40,025 nt of DNA from a virus (Duplodnaviria > Caudoviricetes), in IMG/VR virus record IMGVR_UViG_3300025803_000024, positions 1 through 40,025 of that record, one strand, 5' to 3'. The position numbers and the translations under genes were made by a program. Below are positions 1-8,393 of this stretch, in pieces (within the stretch, counting starts at the first letter, position 1; each line of letters starts with the position of its first letter). The notes below the pieces were generated by a model, which made no database searches, had not been told where the DNA came from, and worked only from the letters and a program-made list of their open reading frames with translations.

Positions 1-1050
1 AGCTAGTAGACTATACGTCAGGCTCTGTTCTTACAGAAGGCGACTTAGACACAGACTCAGACCAGGCATTTTTCATGGCACAAGAGGCTATCGATGATGC
101 TGATGATGTTATCAAGATATCAGCAGTGAACTTCCAATGGGATGCCACAAGTAAAAGAATTACAAATGTAAGTGACCCAACATCTGCACAAGATGCAGCT
201 ACAAAAACATGGGTTGAAACAGCAGCGACTTCACAAGTAACAGCTGCAACTACACAAGCAACTAATGCAGCTAACAGTGCAACTGCGGCAGCTACAAGTG
301 CAAGCAATGCCTCTACATCAGAGAGCAATGCCGCTACAAGTGCAACTAATGCCTCTAATAGTGCTACAACAGCGACTACACAGGCATCTAATGCTAGCAC
401 AAGTGCAACAAATGCAGCCACATCGGCTACAAATGCGGCAACTAGCGAGACTAATGCGGCAACTTCAGCCACAAATGCAGCAACCTCAGAGACCAATGCG
501 GCTACTTCAGCATCAAACGCATCTACTTCTGAAAGTAATGCAAGTTCCTCAGCTAGTGCAGCAAGCACATCTGCTACAGCAGCAGCCTCTAGTGCGACAA
601 GTGCTAGTGGGAGTGCAACAACAGCTACAACTAAAGCATCTGAGGCATCAACTTCAGCCACTAATGCAGCAACTAGTGCAACTAATGCGGCAACCTCAGA
701 GACTAATGCAGGTACATCCGAAACAAATGCTGCCAACTCAGCGACAGCGGCAGCAACTAGTGCAACTAATTCGGCTAATAGTGCGACAGCTGCAGCTACA
801 AGTGCGACAAATGCTGGAACTTCTGAAACTAATGCAGCGACTTCTGCTACCAACGCTGCTACTTCTGCTACTAATGCAGCAACTAGTGAAACAAATGCAG
901 CAGCAAGTTATGATGATTTTGATGATAGATATTTAGGAGCTAAAAGTTCTGACCCAACACTAGACAATGATGGTGATGCTCTGGTTACAGGTGCATTATA
1001 TTTCAATACCACATCAAATGAAATGAAAGTATATAGTGGTAGTGCATGGG
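1..1050 (+). repeat. Imperfect terminal overlap, copy 1 (matches 38938-39987)
   Basis: agctagtagactatacgtcaggc at 1 and 38938; offset of 38937 holds to gcatggg at 1044/39981; scattered substitutions. Confidence 0.95.
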
Positions 1051-2153
1051 GTGCTGTAGCACCTACTGCAACAAGTGCTTCTGATTTAACAACAGGCACA
1101 TTGCCAATAGCAAGAATAGCAGCAGATTCTATCACAAATGACAAACTAGATAATCCTGGTAGAAGAAATATAATTATAAATGGTGATATGAGAATAGCAC
1201 AAAGAGGTACATCCGTAACAGGTAAAACTAGTTCTGGTTATTTTACTGTAGATAGATGGCTAATGGATATTGGTACAGCAGGTACATGGACAATATCTCA
1301 ATCAACTGATGTTCCAAGTGGACAAGGATTTGGTTATTCCACAAAATGGGATTGCACAACAGCAAATGCAAGTTTGTCAGCAGGTTCATTTATGACACAT
1401 CAACAACGATTTGAAGGACACGAGTTACAAAGATTAAAAAAGGGTACATCTAATGCTGAAGCGACAACAATATCTTTTTGGGTTAAATCAAATAAAACAG
1501 GAACATATATTGTTGAAATAGAAGATAGAGATAATACAAGACATATTTCACAATCTTATACAATAGATAGTGCAAGTACATGGGAAAAGAAAACATTAAC
1601 ATTTGCTGGAGATACAACAGGAGCATTTGATAATGATACTTCTGCAAGTGTTCATTTATTCTTTTGGCTTGTAGCAGGTACAAATTATTCTTCTGGCACA
1701 TTAGCAACATCTTGGGCAGCAAAAACTAATGCTAATAGAGCTGTTGGACAAGTAAATTTAGCAGATAGCACAAGTAATGAATTTTACATTACAGGAGTAC
1801 AATGGGAACTAGGAAGTGTAGCATCTGATTTTGAAGATATAAGCTATGATGAACAAGAACAAAGATGTTGGAGATACTGTCAGATAAATGATTTAAGAGC
1901 AACAGGATGGGCTACAAGTGCGACAGTAACTGAAGCTGGATATACATATTCTAAAGCTATGAGAGCTACACCTACTATTACATCCCTTGGTGGTTTTGTT
2001 AGATACGGACCAGGTGGACAACAAACACCTAGTAACACAGCACATACAATTACACGTTGGAGTACACAAGTTACACAAACTATTGGTGGTGGAATGGGAA
2101 CAAACAATCCGACGTTAAATGCGTTTTACTTTAGAGCAGAGGCAGAGTTATAA
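3..2153 (+). CDS. Tail fibre protein (gp17-like), 5'-truncated copy; Ala/Thr/Ser heptad-repeat stalk plus C-terminal receptor-binding region
   Basis: Frame is open from the window start and overlaps the gene starting at 38721. Contains ATSATNA/ATSETNA repeats, a DRYLGAKSSDPTLDNDGDAL...GALYFNTT linker and an RRNIIINGDMRIAQRG...VDRW domain of the kind seen in marine phage tail proteins. Confidence 0.85.
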   Translation, partial: LVDYTSGSVLTEGDLDTDSDQAFFMAQEAIDDADDVIKISAVNFQWDATSKRITNVSDPTSAQDAATKTWVETAATSQVTAATTQATNAANSATAAATSASNASTSESNAATSATNASNSATTATTQASNASTSATNAATSATNAATSETNAATSATNAATSETNAATSASNASTSESNASSSASAASTSATAAASSATSASGSATTATTKASEASTSATNAATSATNAATSETNAGTSETNAANSATAAATSATNSANSATAAATSATNAGTSETNAATSATNAATSATNAATSETNAAASYDDFDDRYLGAKSSDPTLDNDGDALVTGALYFNTTSNEMKVYSGSAWGAVAPTATSASDLTTGTLPIARIAADSITNDKLDNPGRRNIIINGDMRIAQRGTSVTGKTSSGYFTVDRWLMDIGTAGTWTISQSTDVPSGQGFGYSTKWDCTTANASLSAGSFMTHQQRFEGHELQRLKKGTSNAEATTISFWVKSNKTGTYIVEIEDRDNTRHISQSYTIDSASTWEKKTLTFAGDTTGAFDNDTSASVHLFFWLVAGTNYSSGTLATSWAAKTNANRAVGQVNLADSTSNEFYITGVQWELGSVASDFEDISYDEQEQRCWRYCQINDLRATGWATSATVTEAGYTYSKAMRATPTITSLGGFVRYGPGGQQTPSNTAHTITRWSTQVTQTIGGGMGTNNPTLNAFYFRAEAEL

Positions 2154-2338
2154 TGATAAAAGAAACCATAAACACAGTAGAATTTATATATGCCTGGGGA
2201 GAGCAAGACTGTTACAAAGTTACACAAACTGATGGAACAGTATCTTCAGTGCCTTTTGACACAGCAAATTCAGACTATCAAGCAGTACAAGAATGGATTG
2301 CTGATGGTAATACAGTTACAGATAACGGGGGAGAATAA
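2153..2338 (+). CDS. Small tail-fibre-associated (chaperone-like) protein
   Basis: TAATG coupling to the fibre gene; VPFDTANSDYQAVQEWIADGN motif typical of small ORFs that follow tail fibres. Confidence 0.6.
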   Translation: MIKETINTVEFIYAWGEQDCYKVTQTDGTVSSVPFDTANSDYQAVQEWIADGNTVTDNGGE

Positions 2339-2339
2339 T

Positions 2340-2408
2340 ATGAGTGATAAATGTACATACCCAGAGTGCGATTGTGAGCAACCATGTGGGAGTCATAACC
2401 AAGACTAA
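2340..2408 (+). CDS. 22-aa Cys-rich peptide MSDKCTYPECDCEQPCGSHNQD
   Basis: GGGGAGA RBS, ATG at 2340, TAATG coupling to the next gene; fills the gap exactly. Confidence 0.5.
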   Translation: MSDKCTYPECDCEQPCGSHNQD

Positions 2409-2629
2409 TGCCTAACATGATGACTAATAACGAGCTTACTGTAGAGATAGAGCGTATCAAAGGTGATATGCGTCTTATACAGAAGTCGATAGAAACCATA
2501 GAGAAGAATCATCTAAAACATATAGAAGATGATGTATCAGCTATTAAAAAAGTTCTATGGACTGTAGCCGTTATTGCAGGTACACAAATGATAATAGTTA
2601 TTAGAGAATTAATGTTGAGAGGTTTATAA
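2408..2629 (+). CDS. Coiled-coil plus single C-terminal TM protein (XhlA/holin-accessory-like)
   Basis: IETIEKNHLKHIEDDV coil followed by hydrophobic VLWTVAVIAGTQMIIVI; coupled to the holin. Confidence 0.55.
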   Translation: MPNMMTNNELTVEIERIKGDMRLIQKSIETIEKNHLKHIEDDVSAIKKVLWTVAVIAGTQMIIVIRELMLRGL

Positions 2630-3006
2630 TGTTTGGAATATTTGGAAGTGTAATATCTACAGCAGTAAATGTTTTTCAACAAAGACAAGAAACAAAACGC
2701 TTTGAAGCTATGGCAGAAAGAAACCATATGTATCGCATGGCACAAGGTGAAATAGAATATCAAGCACAAGTAAGAGCAGATAATAATAATGGATGGAAAG
2801 ACGAGTTTGTTCTCGTGATTGTATCACTACCAATCTTGGTACTGGCATATGCAGTATTTTTTGGGGATGCAGATATGAAAGGTAAACTAGATTTATTCTT
2901 TGCATATTTTAACGGATTACCACAATGGTATCAATGGTTACTCATAGGTATCTTTGGGGCTATTTACGGCCTTAAACCAGCTGCAGGGATGTTTGGTAAG
3001 AAGTAA
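2629..3006 (+). CDS. Putative holin (3-TM type)
   Basis: WKDE followed by a TM segment, PQWYQWLLIGIFGAIYGLK TM segment, basic C-terminus; lysis-module position. Confidence 0.65.
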   Translation: MFGIFGSVISTAVNVFQQRQETKRFEAMAERNHMYRMAQGEIEYQAQVRADNNNGWKDEFVLVIVSLPILVLAYAVFFGDADMKGKLDLFFAYFNGLPQWYQWLLIGIFGAIYGLKPAAGMFGKK

Positions 3007-3042
3007 GTAGTACATACTCTCAAGGGGGACACAGGGATATCT

Positions 3043-3060
3043 CTTAAATGGGAACCTAAG
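3043..3060 (-). promoter_or_regulatory. Phage RNAP promoter-like site, reverse orientation
   Basis: Minus strand reads CTTAGGTTCCCATTTAAG(AG), one internal mismatch from TTAGGTTCCCATTTTAGAG at 7967; intergenic. Confidence 0.6.
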
Positions 3061-3065
3061 TAACT

Positions 3066-3704
3066 ATGAAAACAGCTTTTGCATTAATTATTGTTTTACT
3101 TTTAATAGGAGCAGCAGCAAATGCAAATGATTACAGCACTTCTAGTCAAACTAACACAAGTGGTTCTAATACTTCCATTTCTGGTGGTTATAGTTCCACT
3201 ACTAACAATACGTACAGCGGTGGCCAGACTAACACGACTAGCAATAGTACAACGAATACGACAAAAAATAGCGCAATACCTGTAGGGTCTGCTATAGCAC
3301 CTAGCATGAGCAGCTATTCACAAGACTTGTGTATCGTAGGGCTATCAGGCTCTATGCAAGTTACTGGATTTGGAGTGGCAGCTGGAAGTTACATTACAGA
3401 TGAAAACTGTGAGAGAATGAAACTAAGTAAATTATTGTATGACTTTAACATGAGAGTAGCAAGTATTAGTATACTGTGCCAAGATGACAGAGTATTTAGT
3501 GCTATGGAACACGCAGGCACGCCTTGCCCTTTTGAAGGCAAGATAGCTGGTGAGGCTCAAGCACAGTGGGAAAAGTATGACATAGAAAGACCAGACTATG
3601 ATAAGTATGTAGAAAAATTAAGAAAAAGAAAAATTATAGATTCAGGTAAGCCAGTATTTAAAAAGATAGATACTAGCTACGGAGACCTGTACGGAGATGA
3701 TTAA
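3066..3704 (+). CDS. Exported Cys-containing hypothetical protein
   Basis: Signal-peptide-like N-terminus (MKTAFALIIVLLLIGAAANA), S/T-rich linker, SAIAPS...DLC...DENCERMKLSK...LCQDDRV...AGTPCP. Confidence 0.8.
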   Translation: MKTAFALIIVLLLIGAAANANDYSTSSQTNTSGSNTSISGGYSSTTNNTYSGGQTNTTSNSTTNTTKNSAIPVGSAIAPSMSSYSQDLCIVGLSGSMQVTGFGVAAGSYITDENCERMKLSKLLYDFNMRVASISILCQDDRVFSAMEHAGTPCPFEGKIAGEAQAQWEKYDIERPDYDKYVEKLRKRKIIDSGKPVFKKIDTSYGDLYGDD

Positions 3705-4926
3705 ATATTTTTACTTGTTATTAACTGTATTCTTGATAGCATGGGCAGTTCAAGCATACGACCAGACAACAGACAACTTACTAAGTCCGAACTTTACAGA
3801 TGGTTCTTGGACAGGAACAAATGTAGACCATAGGCATGGTGACCAAGTTATCGCAGGTGTTGATGGTGAGTATGTAGAATCATCTATAAACCTTAATGAT
3901 TATCTAACTAAAGAAGAAATAAATGGTGGATTTAGTTCTACAATAGGAGCTGATGTTTGGTTTTGGAATAGTATTCCACAGAATGTTATAATGAAACAAA
4001 CACTGATAGATGACAATGGGGTTAGTATTACACAACAAAGACAAATTGACGGAAGCTGTACTACTTTTAATGGTTGTAGTTATGATACTTATACTGATAC
4101 CATTATTGTGGGTGGAAACAGTCAGCAAGACTACGAAATAACAGCTAGGTTTGAGTTTAACGAGTCTAGTAACAGTACAGCACATTATGGTGCAGACTTG
4201 AGAAATCCTAGTCTTACAGTAAGCTATTATGAAAACTTTACAAAACCAGAACCCATAGAGTTAGATACAAAGTGGGAAGATGATTTTAAAGAAGAATATA
4301 AAATGGATTATATAATCGAGGAGTATAAATTGGACACATTTATGTTTGAAAATGAAGAAGAAGTGATTATCTTTGAAGAAGCTACAGAAAACAAATTTGA
4401 GGAAGAATTTGAAGAAGTAGAAATTTTACAAGCATTTGGGGGTCCAGAAATTGTTGAAGATGTACAGGAACCAGAAGATAAAGAACCAAATAAAGAGATG
4501 TCAATATCAGAGCAACCCATGGATGAAGAGTTCATGGAAGAACAACCTGAACAGTCTCAAGGCACCGTTATGGAAACAGTTCAAAAAGAACCTGAAGGTG
4601 AACAACCTGAGACAGAACGTGTGGGAATAACAGTACAAGATGTACATACACAGGTAGCTACTAAGATAAAAGATGTTAATACACAGCTTGCTGTCGTTAA
4701 TAAAGTTGTGCAACAAGCAATGACACAGACACAACCTGATATACAAACATACACACAACAAAAGTACACAGATACTCGTGCGTTATATTTAGGTAATGAT
4801 TACCAGGACTTACGTAGTTTAGATGAGTATAGTAAAGAAATTTATACAGATGTTAGAGGCCATCAAGCAATGTTTGCAAATGACCCTTTGTATAAATATC
4901 AAGAACAACTAAGAGGTATCAGATAA
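3697..4926 (+). CDS. Exported acidic hypothetical protein
   Basis: 409-aa ORF with signal-peptide-like start, GGAG RBS and Glu-rich middle. Confidence 0.8.
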   Translation: MIKYFYLLLTVFLIAWAVQAYDQTTDNLLSPNFTDGSWTGTNVDHRHGDQVIAGVDGEYVESSINLNDYLTKEEINGGFSSTIGADVWFWNSIPQNVIMKQTLIDDNGVSITQQRQIDGSCTTFNGCSYDTYTDTIIVGGNSQQDYEITARFEFNESSNSTAHYGADLRNPSLTVSYYENFTKPEPIELDTKWEDDFKEEYKMDYIIEEYKLDTFMFENEEEVIIFEEATENKFEEEFEEVEILQAFGGPEIVEDVQEPEDKEPNKEMSISEQPMDEEFMEEQPEQSQGTVMETVQKEPEGEQPETERVGITVQDVHTQVATKIKDVNTQLAVVNKVVQQAMTQTQPDIQTYTQQKYTDTRALYLGNDYQDLRSLDEYSKEIYTDVRGHQAMFANDPLYKYQEQLRGIR

Positions 4927-5156
4927 TGGATTTAATGGAAACACTTAAAAAATACATAGCTCTTGTAGGTATTGTCACTACTATTGGTGGTGGATTCTAT
5001 GCCTGGGGCGTGTTTAATAACAGACTTGATGAACTAGAGCAATCTAAATCTACTAAAAACATCAAGGCTATGCAAAAAGAGATTGCTAATTTAGACAAAA
5101 GATTAGGTGTGTTAGAATCACAAGTAATCCAGTTTAAAAATCCATTAGCAAACTAG
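4926..5156 (+). CDS. TM plus coiled-coil hypothetical protein
   Basis: TAATG coupling; IALVGIVTTIGGGFYAWGVF TM followed by a heptad coil. Confidence 0.75.
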   Translation: MDLMETLKKYIALVGIVTTIGGGFYAWGVFNNRLDELEQSKSTKNIKAMQKEIANLDKRLGVLESQVIQFKNPLAN

Positions 5157-5164
5157 GAGTATAT

Positions 5165-5356
5165 ATGTTAGATAAGAAGAAAATTAAGGCTGAACTTAAG
5201 GATTTTTCTGAGGATGCTGCTGAAGCAATCGGCGAAGCACTGAAAGAAAACTTCTGGAAGTGTGGTAAAGCTGCTTGGGCAGGCTTTTCAGTCATACAAA
5301 AACTATACGTAGTAGGAATATTCACAGCTTATTCATATCTTTTATGGTGGCTGTAA
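5165..5356 (+). CDS. Small membrane hypothetical protein
   Basis: AGGAG RBS; C-terminal hydrophobic segment. Confidence 0.7.
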   Translation: MLDKKKIKAELKDFSEDAAEAIGEALKENFWKCGKAAWAGFSVIQKLYVVGIFTAYSYLLWWL

Positions 5357-5409
5357 ACGGTTAAGTTTAATAATGCAGGAGACTGCGGCTTGGCCTTAAG
5401 GAGTGCATA

Positions 5410-5625
5410 ATGGACGAGAGTCAACAAGAGACCGTAAAGCAGGTGTTAGATGAGCTACCTGTTTTACTGGTCATGCACGCTTATAGAAAACTAAAATCAG
5501 GTGAAGATTTAACTGCATCTGAGATGAAAGTATGTCTTGATGTGTGTAAACAATATACGGACCCTGAGATTGTGCAGAAAGCACAAAACATATTAGACGA
5601 TTTACCGTTTGACCATGATGAATAG
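5410..5625 (+). CDS. terS: Terminase small subunit (gp18-like)
   Basis: AAGGAG RBS; KLKSGEDLTASEMKV...DDLPF pattern; directly upstream of TerL. Confidence 0.7.
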   Translation: MDESQQETVKQVLDELPVLLVMHAYRKLKSGEDLTASEMKVCLDVCKQYTDPEIVQKAQNILDDLPFDHDE

Positions 5626-7255
5626 CAAAGTCAAGAACTTCAAAAACTTCTTGTACTTATGTTGGAAACACTTAAATTTACCTGAGCCAACACCTGTACA
5701 GTACGATATAGCTGATTATTTGCAGTCTAAAGAAAAAAGACTGGTTATAGAAGCGTTTCGTGGTGTAGGTAAGTCATGGATTACATCGGCATTTGTATGT
5801 CACCAACTATTACTAAACCCCCAAAGGAACATCTTAGTTGTCTCTGCATCTAAAAGTAGGGCTGATGATTTCAGTACATTTACACAGAGACTAATAGCCG
5901 AGATGCCCTTGCTAGAGCATTTACAGCCTCATGACAACCAAAGAGCATCTAAGGTTAGCTTTGATGTAGGACCTGCACAGGCCTCTCATGCACCTTCTGT
6001 TAAGTCTATGGGTATCACAGGACAGCTGACTGGTAGTCGTGCTGACTTGATTATTGCAGATGACGTAGAGTCTGCTAACAACTCACAGACACAACTGATG
6101 AGAGATAGACTAGGTGAGACTGTTAAAGAGTTTGATGCTATTATCAAGCCTAAAGTTGGTCGTATTATCTTTCTAGGGACACCACAAACAGAGATGTCAC
6201 TGTACAATTCACTAGAAGAAAGAGGTTTTAAGACTAAAATATGGCCTGCATTGTACCCAGATTCAGTACAAAGAACTGGTTATGGACACAAACTGGCTGA
6301 TATTATAGACAAAAAAGGTACTGAAGGGGACCCAACGGACCCTCAAAGGTTCAACGAAGTAGACTTAATGGAGCGACTAGCATCCTACGGTAGAAGTGGA
6401 TTCAACTTACAGTTTATGTTAGACACAACCATGTCTGATGCAAACAAATACCCACTTAAATTAAATGATTTGATTGTCGTTTCAGGGTGTAGTACATGGA
6501 CAGAAGCCCCTGCAAACATACAATGGGCGTCTAGCCTAGAGCAAATAAAGGCATTAGACAGCGAGTTACCCAATGTAGGACTTAAAGGAGACTACTATGT
6601 AGCTCCTATGCACATGAGTGACGAGTACACTGAGTTTGAAGGCTCTGTAATGTCTATTGACCCAGCAGGACGAGGAGAAGACAAGACTGCTTATGCAGTA
6701 CTTAAAATGCTCCATGGGGTACTATATCTCACAGCTGTTGGAGCCTTGGACGGTGGTTACTCAGAGGAAACTTTAGAGAAATTAGCCCGTGTAGCTAAGT
6801 CTCAAGAGGTAAACAGCATAGTTATAGAGAGTAACTTTGGTGATGGTATGGCTACACAGTTACTTAAACCTGTATTAGCCCGTATACACCCCTGTGAAGT
6901 AGAAGAAGTTAGACACAATATACAAAAAGAAAGACGTATTATAGACACCTTAGAGCCTATTATGAACACACATAGGCTAGTTGTAGACGAAGATATCATA
7001 CGACAGGACTTTAAACTGGAACCAAACCACCAGTTATTTAGACAAATGACTCGTATAACTCGTGACAAAGGCGCCTTAAGACACGACGATGCGATAGATG
7101 CACTGTCCATAGCTGCTAATTATTGGGTAGAAAGAATGGATAGAGATGCTATATTGTCGTTTCAACAGCACAAAGAAGACTTATTACAAGAGGAATTAGA
7201 CATATTTATGGAGCAATCCATAGGTAGAACCCCTAGGAGTGACTCATGGATTTAA
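5615..7255 (+). CDS. terL: Terminase large subunit (gp19-like); start could be 5609, 5615 or 5618
   Basis: Walker A EAFRGVGKS, Walker B LIIADDVE, nuclease motifs SIDPAGRGED and HDDAIDAL. Confidence 0.97.
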   Translation: MMNSKVKNFKNFLYLCWKHLNLPEPTPVQYDIADYLQSKEKRLVIEAFRGVGKSWITSAFVCHQLLLNPQRNILVVSASKSRADDFSTFTQRLIAEMPLLEHLQPHDNQRASKVSFDVGPAQASHAPSVKSMGITGQLTGSRADLIIADDVESANNSQTQLMRDRLGETVKEFDAIIKPKVGRIIFLGTPQTEMSLYNSLEERGFKTKIWPALYPDSVQRTGYGHKLADIIDKKGTEGDPTDPQRFNEVDLMERLASYGRSGFNLQFMLDTTMSDANKYPLKLNDLIVVSGCSTWTEAPANIQWASSLEQIKALDSELPNVGLKGDYYVAPMHMSDEYTEFEGSVMSIDPAGRGEDKTAYAVLKMLHGVLYLTAVGALDGGYSEETLEKLARVAKSQEVNSIVIESNFGDGMATQLLKPVLARIHPCEVEEVRHNIQKERRIIDTLEPIMNTHRLVVDEDIIRQDFKLEPNHQLFRQMTRITRDKGALRHDDAIDALSIAANYWVERMDRDAILSFQQHKEDLLQEELDIFMEQSIGRTPRSDSWI

Positions 7256-7695
7256 ACCCAGAATTAGTAGCAAGAATAAAGAAGAATGAAGGTTTTAAAC
7301 TTAAGCCATATACCCTTGAGTACACTACAGCTGACGGTGAAAAGATAGTAGAAGACTTTCAAACAGGTGGATATGGACATAAGATACTACCTGGAGAGGA
7401 CATTCCGACGACTGTAGAAGGTTGGGAACAAGTCCTCAATAATGACATTATGAAGGCCATAGAGGGTGCAAAAACCCTCGTAAGTCCTGATAAGGTACCT
7501 CAAGCAGCCTTTGATGTGGTAACTGAAATGGTATTCCAAATGGGAACCAAAGGTGTAGGCAAGTTTAAGAAGACTCTTAAGTACCTCAATGAGGGTAACT
7601 ATAAGAAAGCTGCAGTCGAAATGCTGGATTCAAGGTGGGCTAGGCAGACCCCAGGGAGAGCCGAGGAGCTTTCTGAGATACTGAATAATTTGTAG
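7246..7695 (+). CDS. T4-type (GH24) lysozyme / endolysin
   Basis: NEGFKLKPY...TGGYGH, MVFQMG, AAVEMLDSRWARQTPGRAEELS. Confidence 0.85.
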   Translation: MDLNPELVARIKKNEGFKLKPYTLEYTTADGEKIVEDFQTGGYGHKILPGEDIPTTVEGWEQVLNNDIMKAIEGAKTLVSPDKVPQAAFDVVTEMVFQMGTKGVGKFKKTLKYLNEGNYKKAAVEMLDSRWARQTPGRAEELSEILNNL

Positions 7696-7842
7696 AAAAA
7701 ATCTGAGACCCTTATATACGCATAGCGAAGCGAAGCTTCCCCCGTTGCACCGCCTATTATAATAGTAGCGATTCGCCACATGTGCGAGAATGAGGCTGGC
7801 ACTACCAAAGGGCGACCAACGGAGAACTCCTAAGGGGATTTT

Positions 7843-7857
7843 TGTTATAATATAACG
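7843..7857. promoter_or_regulatory. Palindromic operator 1 (TGTTAT-AAT-ATAACG), Zur-box-like
   Basis: One of three TGTTAY-N3-ATAACR palindromes in the end region; symmetry extends over 7840-7860. Confidence 0.55.
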
Positions 7858-7946
7858 AAACCTTGGCGGTATTTTTATTTGTTCTTTGTGTCTGCTGTAC
7901 TGTTTTTTTCGGCTCCCTTTGGGATTCCTCTTCAGGCTGACTTGTT

Positions 7947-7963
7947 ATGTTATATCATAACAT
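7947..7963. promoter_or_regulatory. Palindromic operator 2 (ATGTTAT-ATC-ATAACAT), Zur-box-like
   Basis: Perfect 7-3-7 palindrome abutting the phage promoter at 7966. Confidence 0.6.
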
Positions 7964-7965
7964 GA

Positions 7966-7983
7966 ATTAGGTTCCCATTTTAG
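7966..7983 (+). promoter_or_regulatory. Phage RNAP promoter (end-region, phiOL/phiOR-like position)
   Basis: ATTAGGTTCCCATTTTAG matches the repeated consensus WWRGTWCCCNTNNTAGA. Confidence 0.7.
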
Positions 7984-8054
7984 AGTAACCCTGTTGCACC
8001 ATATAGAGTAATACATTCATCACCCTTTTACACCTCTTATTATAGGGTACTTAT

Positions 8055-8123
8055 AGGAGTAATAAAGGAGTAATAAAGGAGTAATAAAGGTAGTAATTAA
8101 GGTAGTAATTAAGGTAGTAATTA
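8055..8123 (+). repeat. Short tandem repeat array: 3x AGGAGTAATAA then 3x AGGTAGTAATTA
   Basis: Read directly; position resembles the short-repeat arrays flanking T7 terminal repeats. Confidence 0.9.
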
Positions 8124-8140
8124 GTCTATTTTTTTAGGAA

Positions 8141-8157
8141 ATGTTACTTTATAACAT
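8141..8157. promoter_or_regulatory. Palindromic operator 3 (ATGTTAC-TTT-ATAACAT), Zur-box-like
   Basis: 8138-8160 reads GAAATGTTACTTTATAACATAAG versus the proteobacterial Zur consensus GAAATGTTATAnTATAACATTTC. Confidence 0.6.
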
Positions 8158-8199
8158 AAGGTAATTTTAAATTATTTTCTTTCGTAAGTCTCTGTAATC

Positions 8200-8262
8200 A
8201 TTGACAAAAAAAAATTAGTGAAAAAAAAAGCTTGTGTTTTGTTTCATATTCTGATTTAATCT
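8200..8262 (+). promoter_or_regulatory. Candidate host sigma70 early promoter with A-tract UP element
   Basis: A-tracts 8206-8229, TTGTGT (8232), 17-bp spacer, TGa-TTTAAT (8255); upstream of the early genes. Confidence 0.45.
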
Positions 8263-8267
8263 TAAAC

Positions 8268-8393
8268 ATGGCAGTAAACAACAACACAGACACAAAGGCT
8301 CAGCCACTTGGAAACAAGCAGAAGCTATTGAAAACCAGGCAAGATATACTGGGGCCAGAAACAGACTGCAAGTATGGAAACGAAACGAAGTAA
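8268..8393 (+). CDS. Possible leaderless 41-aa ORF (MAVNNNTDTKAQPLGNKQK...)
   Basis: ATG lies 7 nt after the candidate -10 box; no SD; may instead be non-coding structured leader. Confidence 0.25.
   Translation: MAVNNNTDTKAQPLGNKQKLLKTRQDILGPETDCKYGNETK

Noticed and set aside
11-853. Long minus-strand Ala/Val/Leu ORF (also 38948-39769) and +1-frame Gln/Leu ORFs (265-936, 39202-39873)
   Set aside because: Shadow frames of the repetitive GCN/ACN/AGT codons of the tail-fibre stalk; no RBS or independent signature.
1-1050. End overlap as the T7-type direct terminal repeat
   Set aside because: It lies inside the tail-fibre gene and is not identical; it reflects circular assembly of variant alleles.
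7928-7955. TTATGTTATAT resembles the XerD arm of dif
   Set aside because: No XerC-like arm 6 bp upstream; better explained as part of the 7947-7963 palindrome.
8034-8054. Minus-strand TAAGTACCCTATAATAAG and intragenic AAGTACCCAAGACAG (13962) as extra phage promoters
   Set aside because: The upstream half matches, but the conserved T and TAG initiation register do not; too weak to call.
8201-8230. Perfect TTGACA -35 hexamer
   Set aside because: The position 16-18 bp downstream is poly-A with no -10 box; treated as part of the upstream A-rich element.
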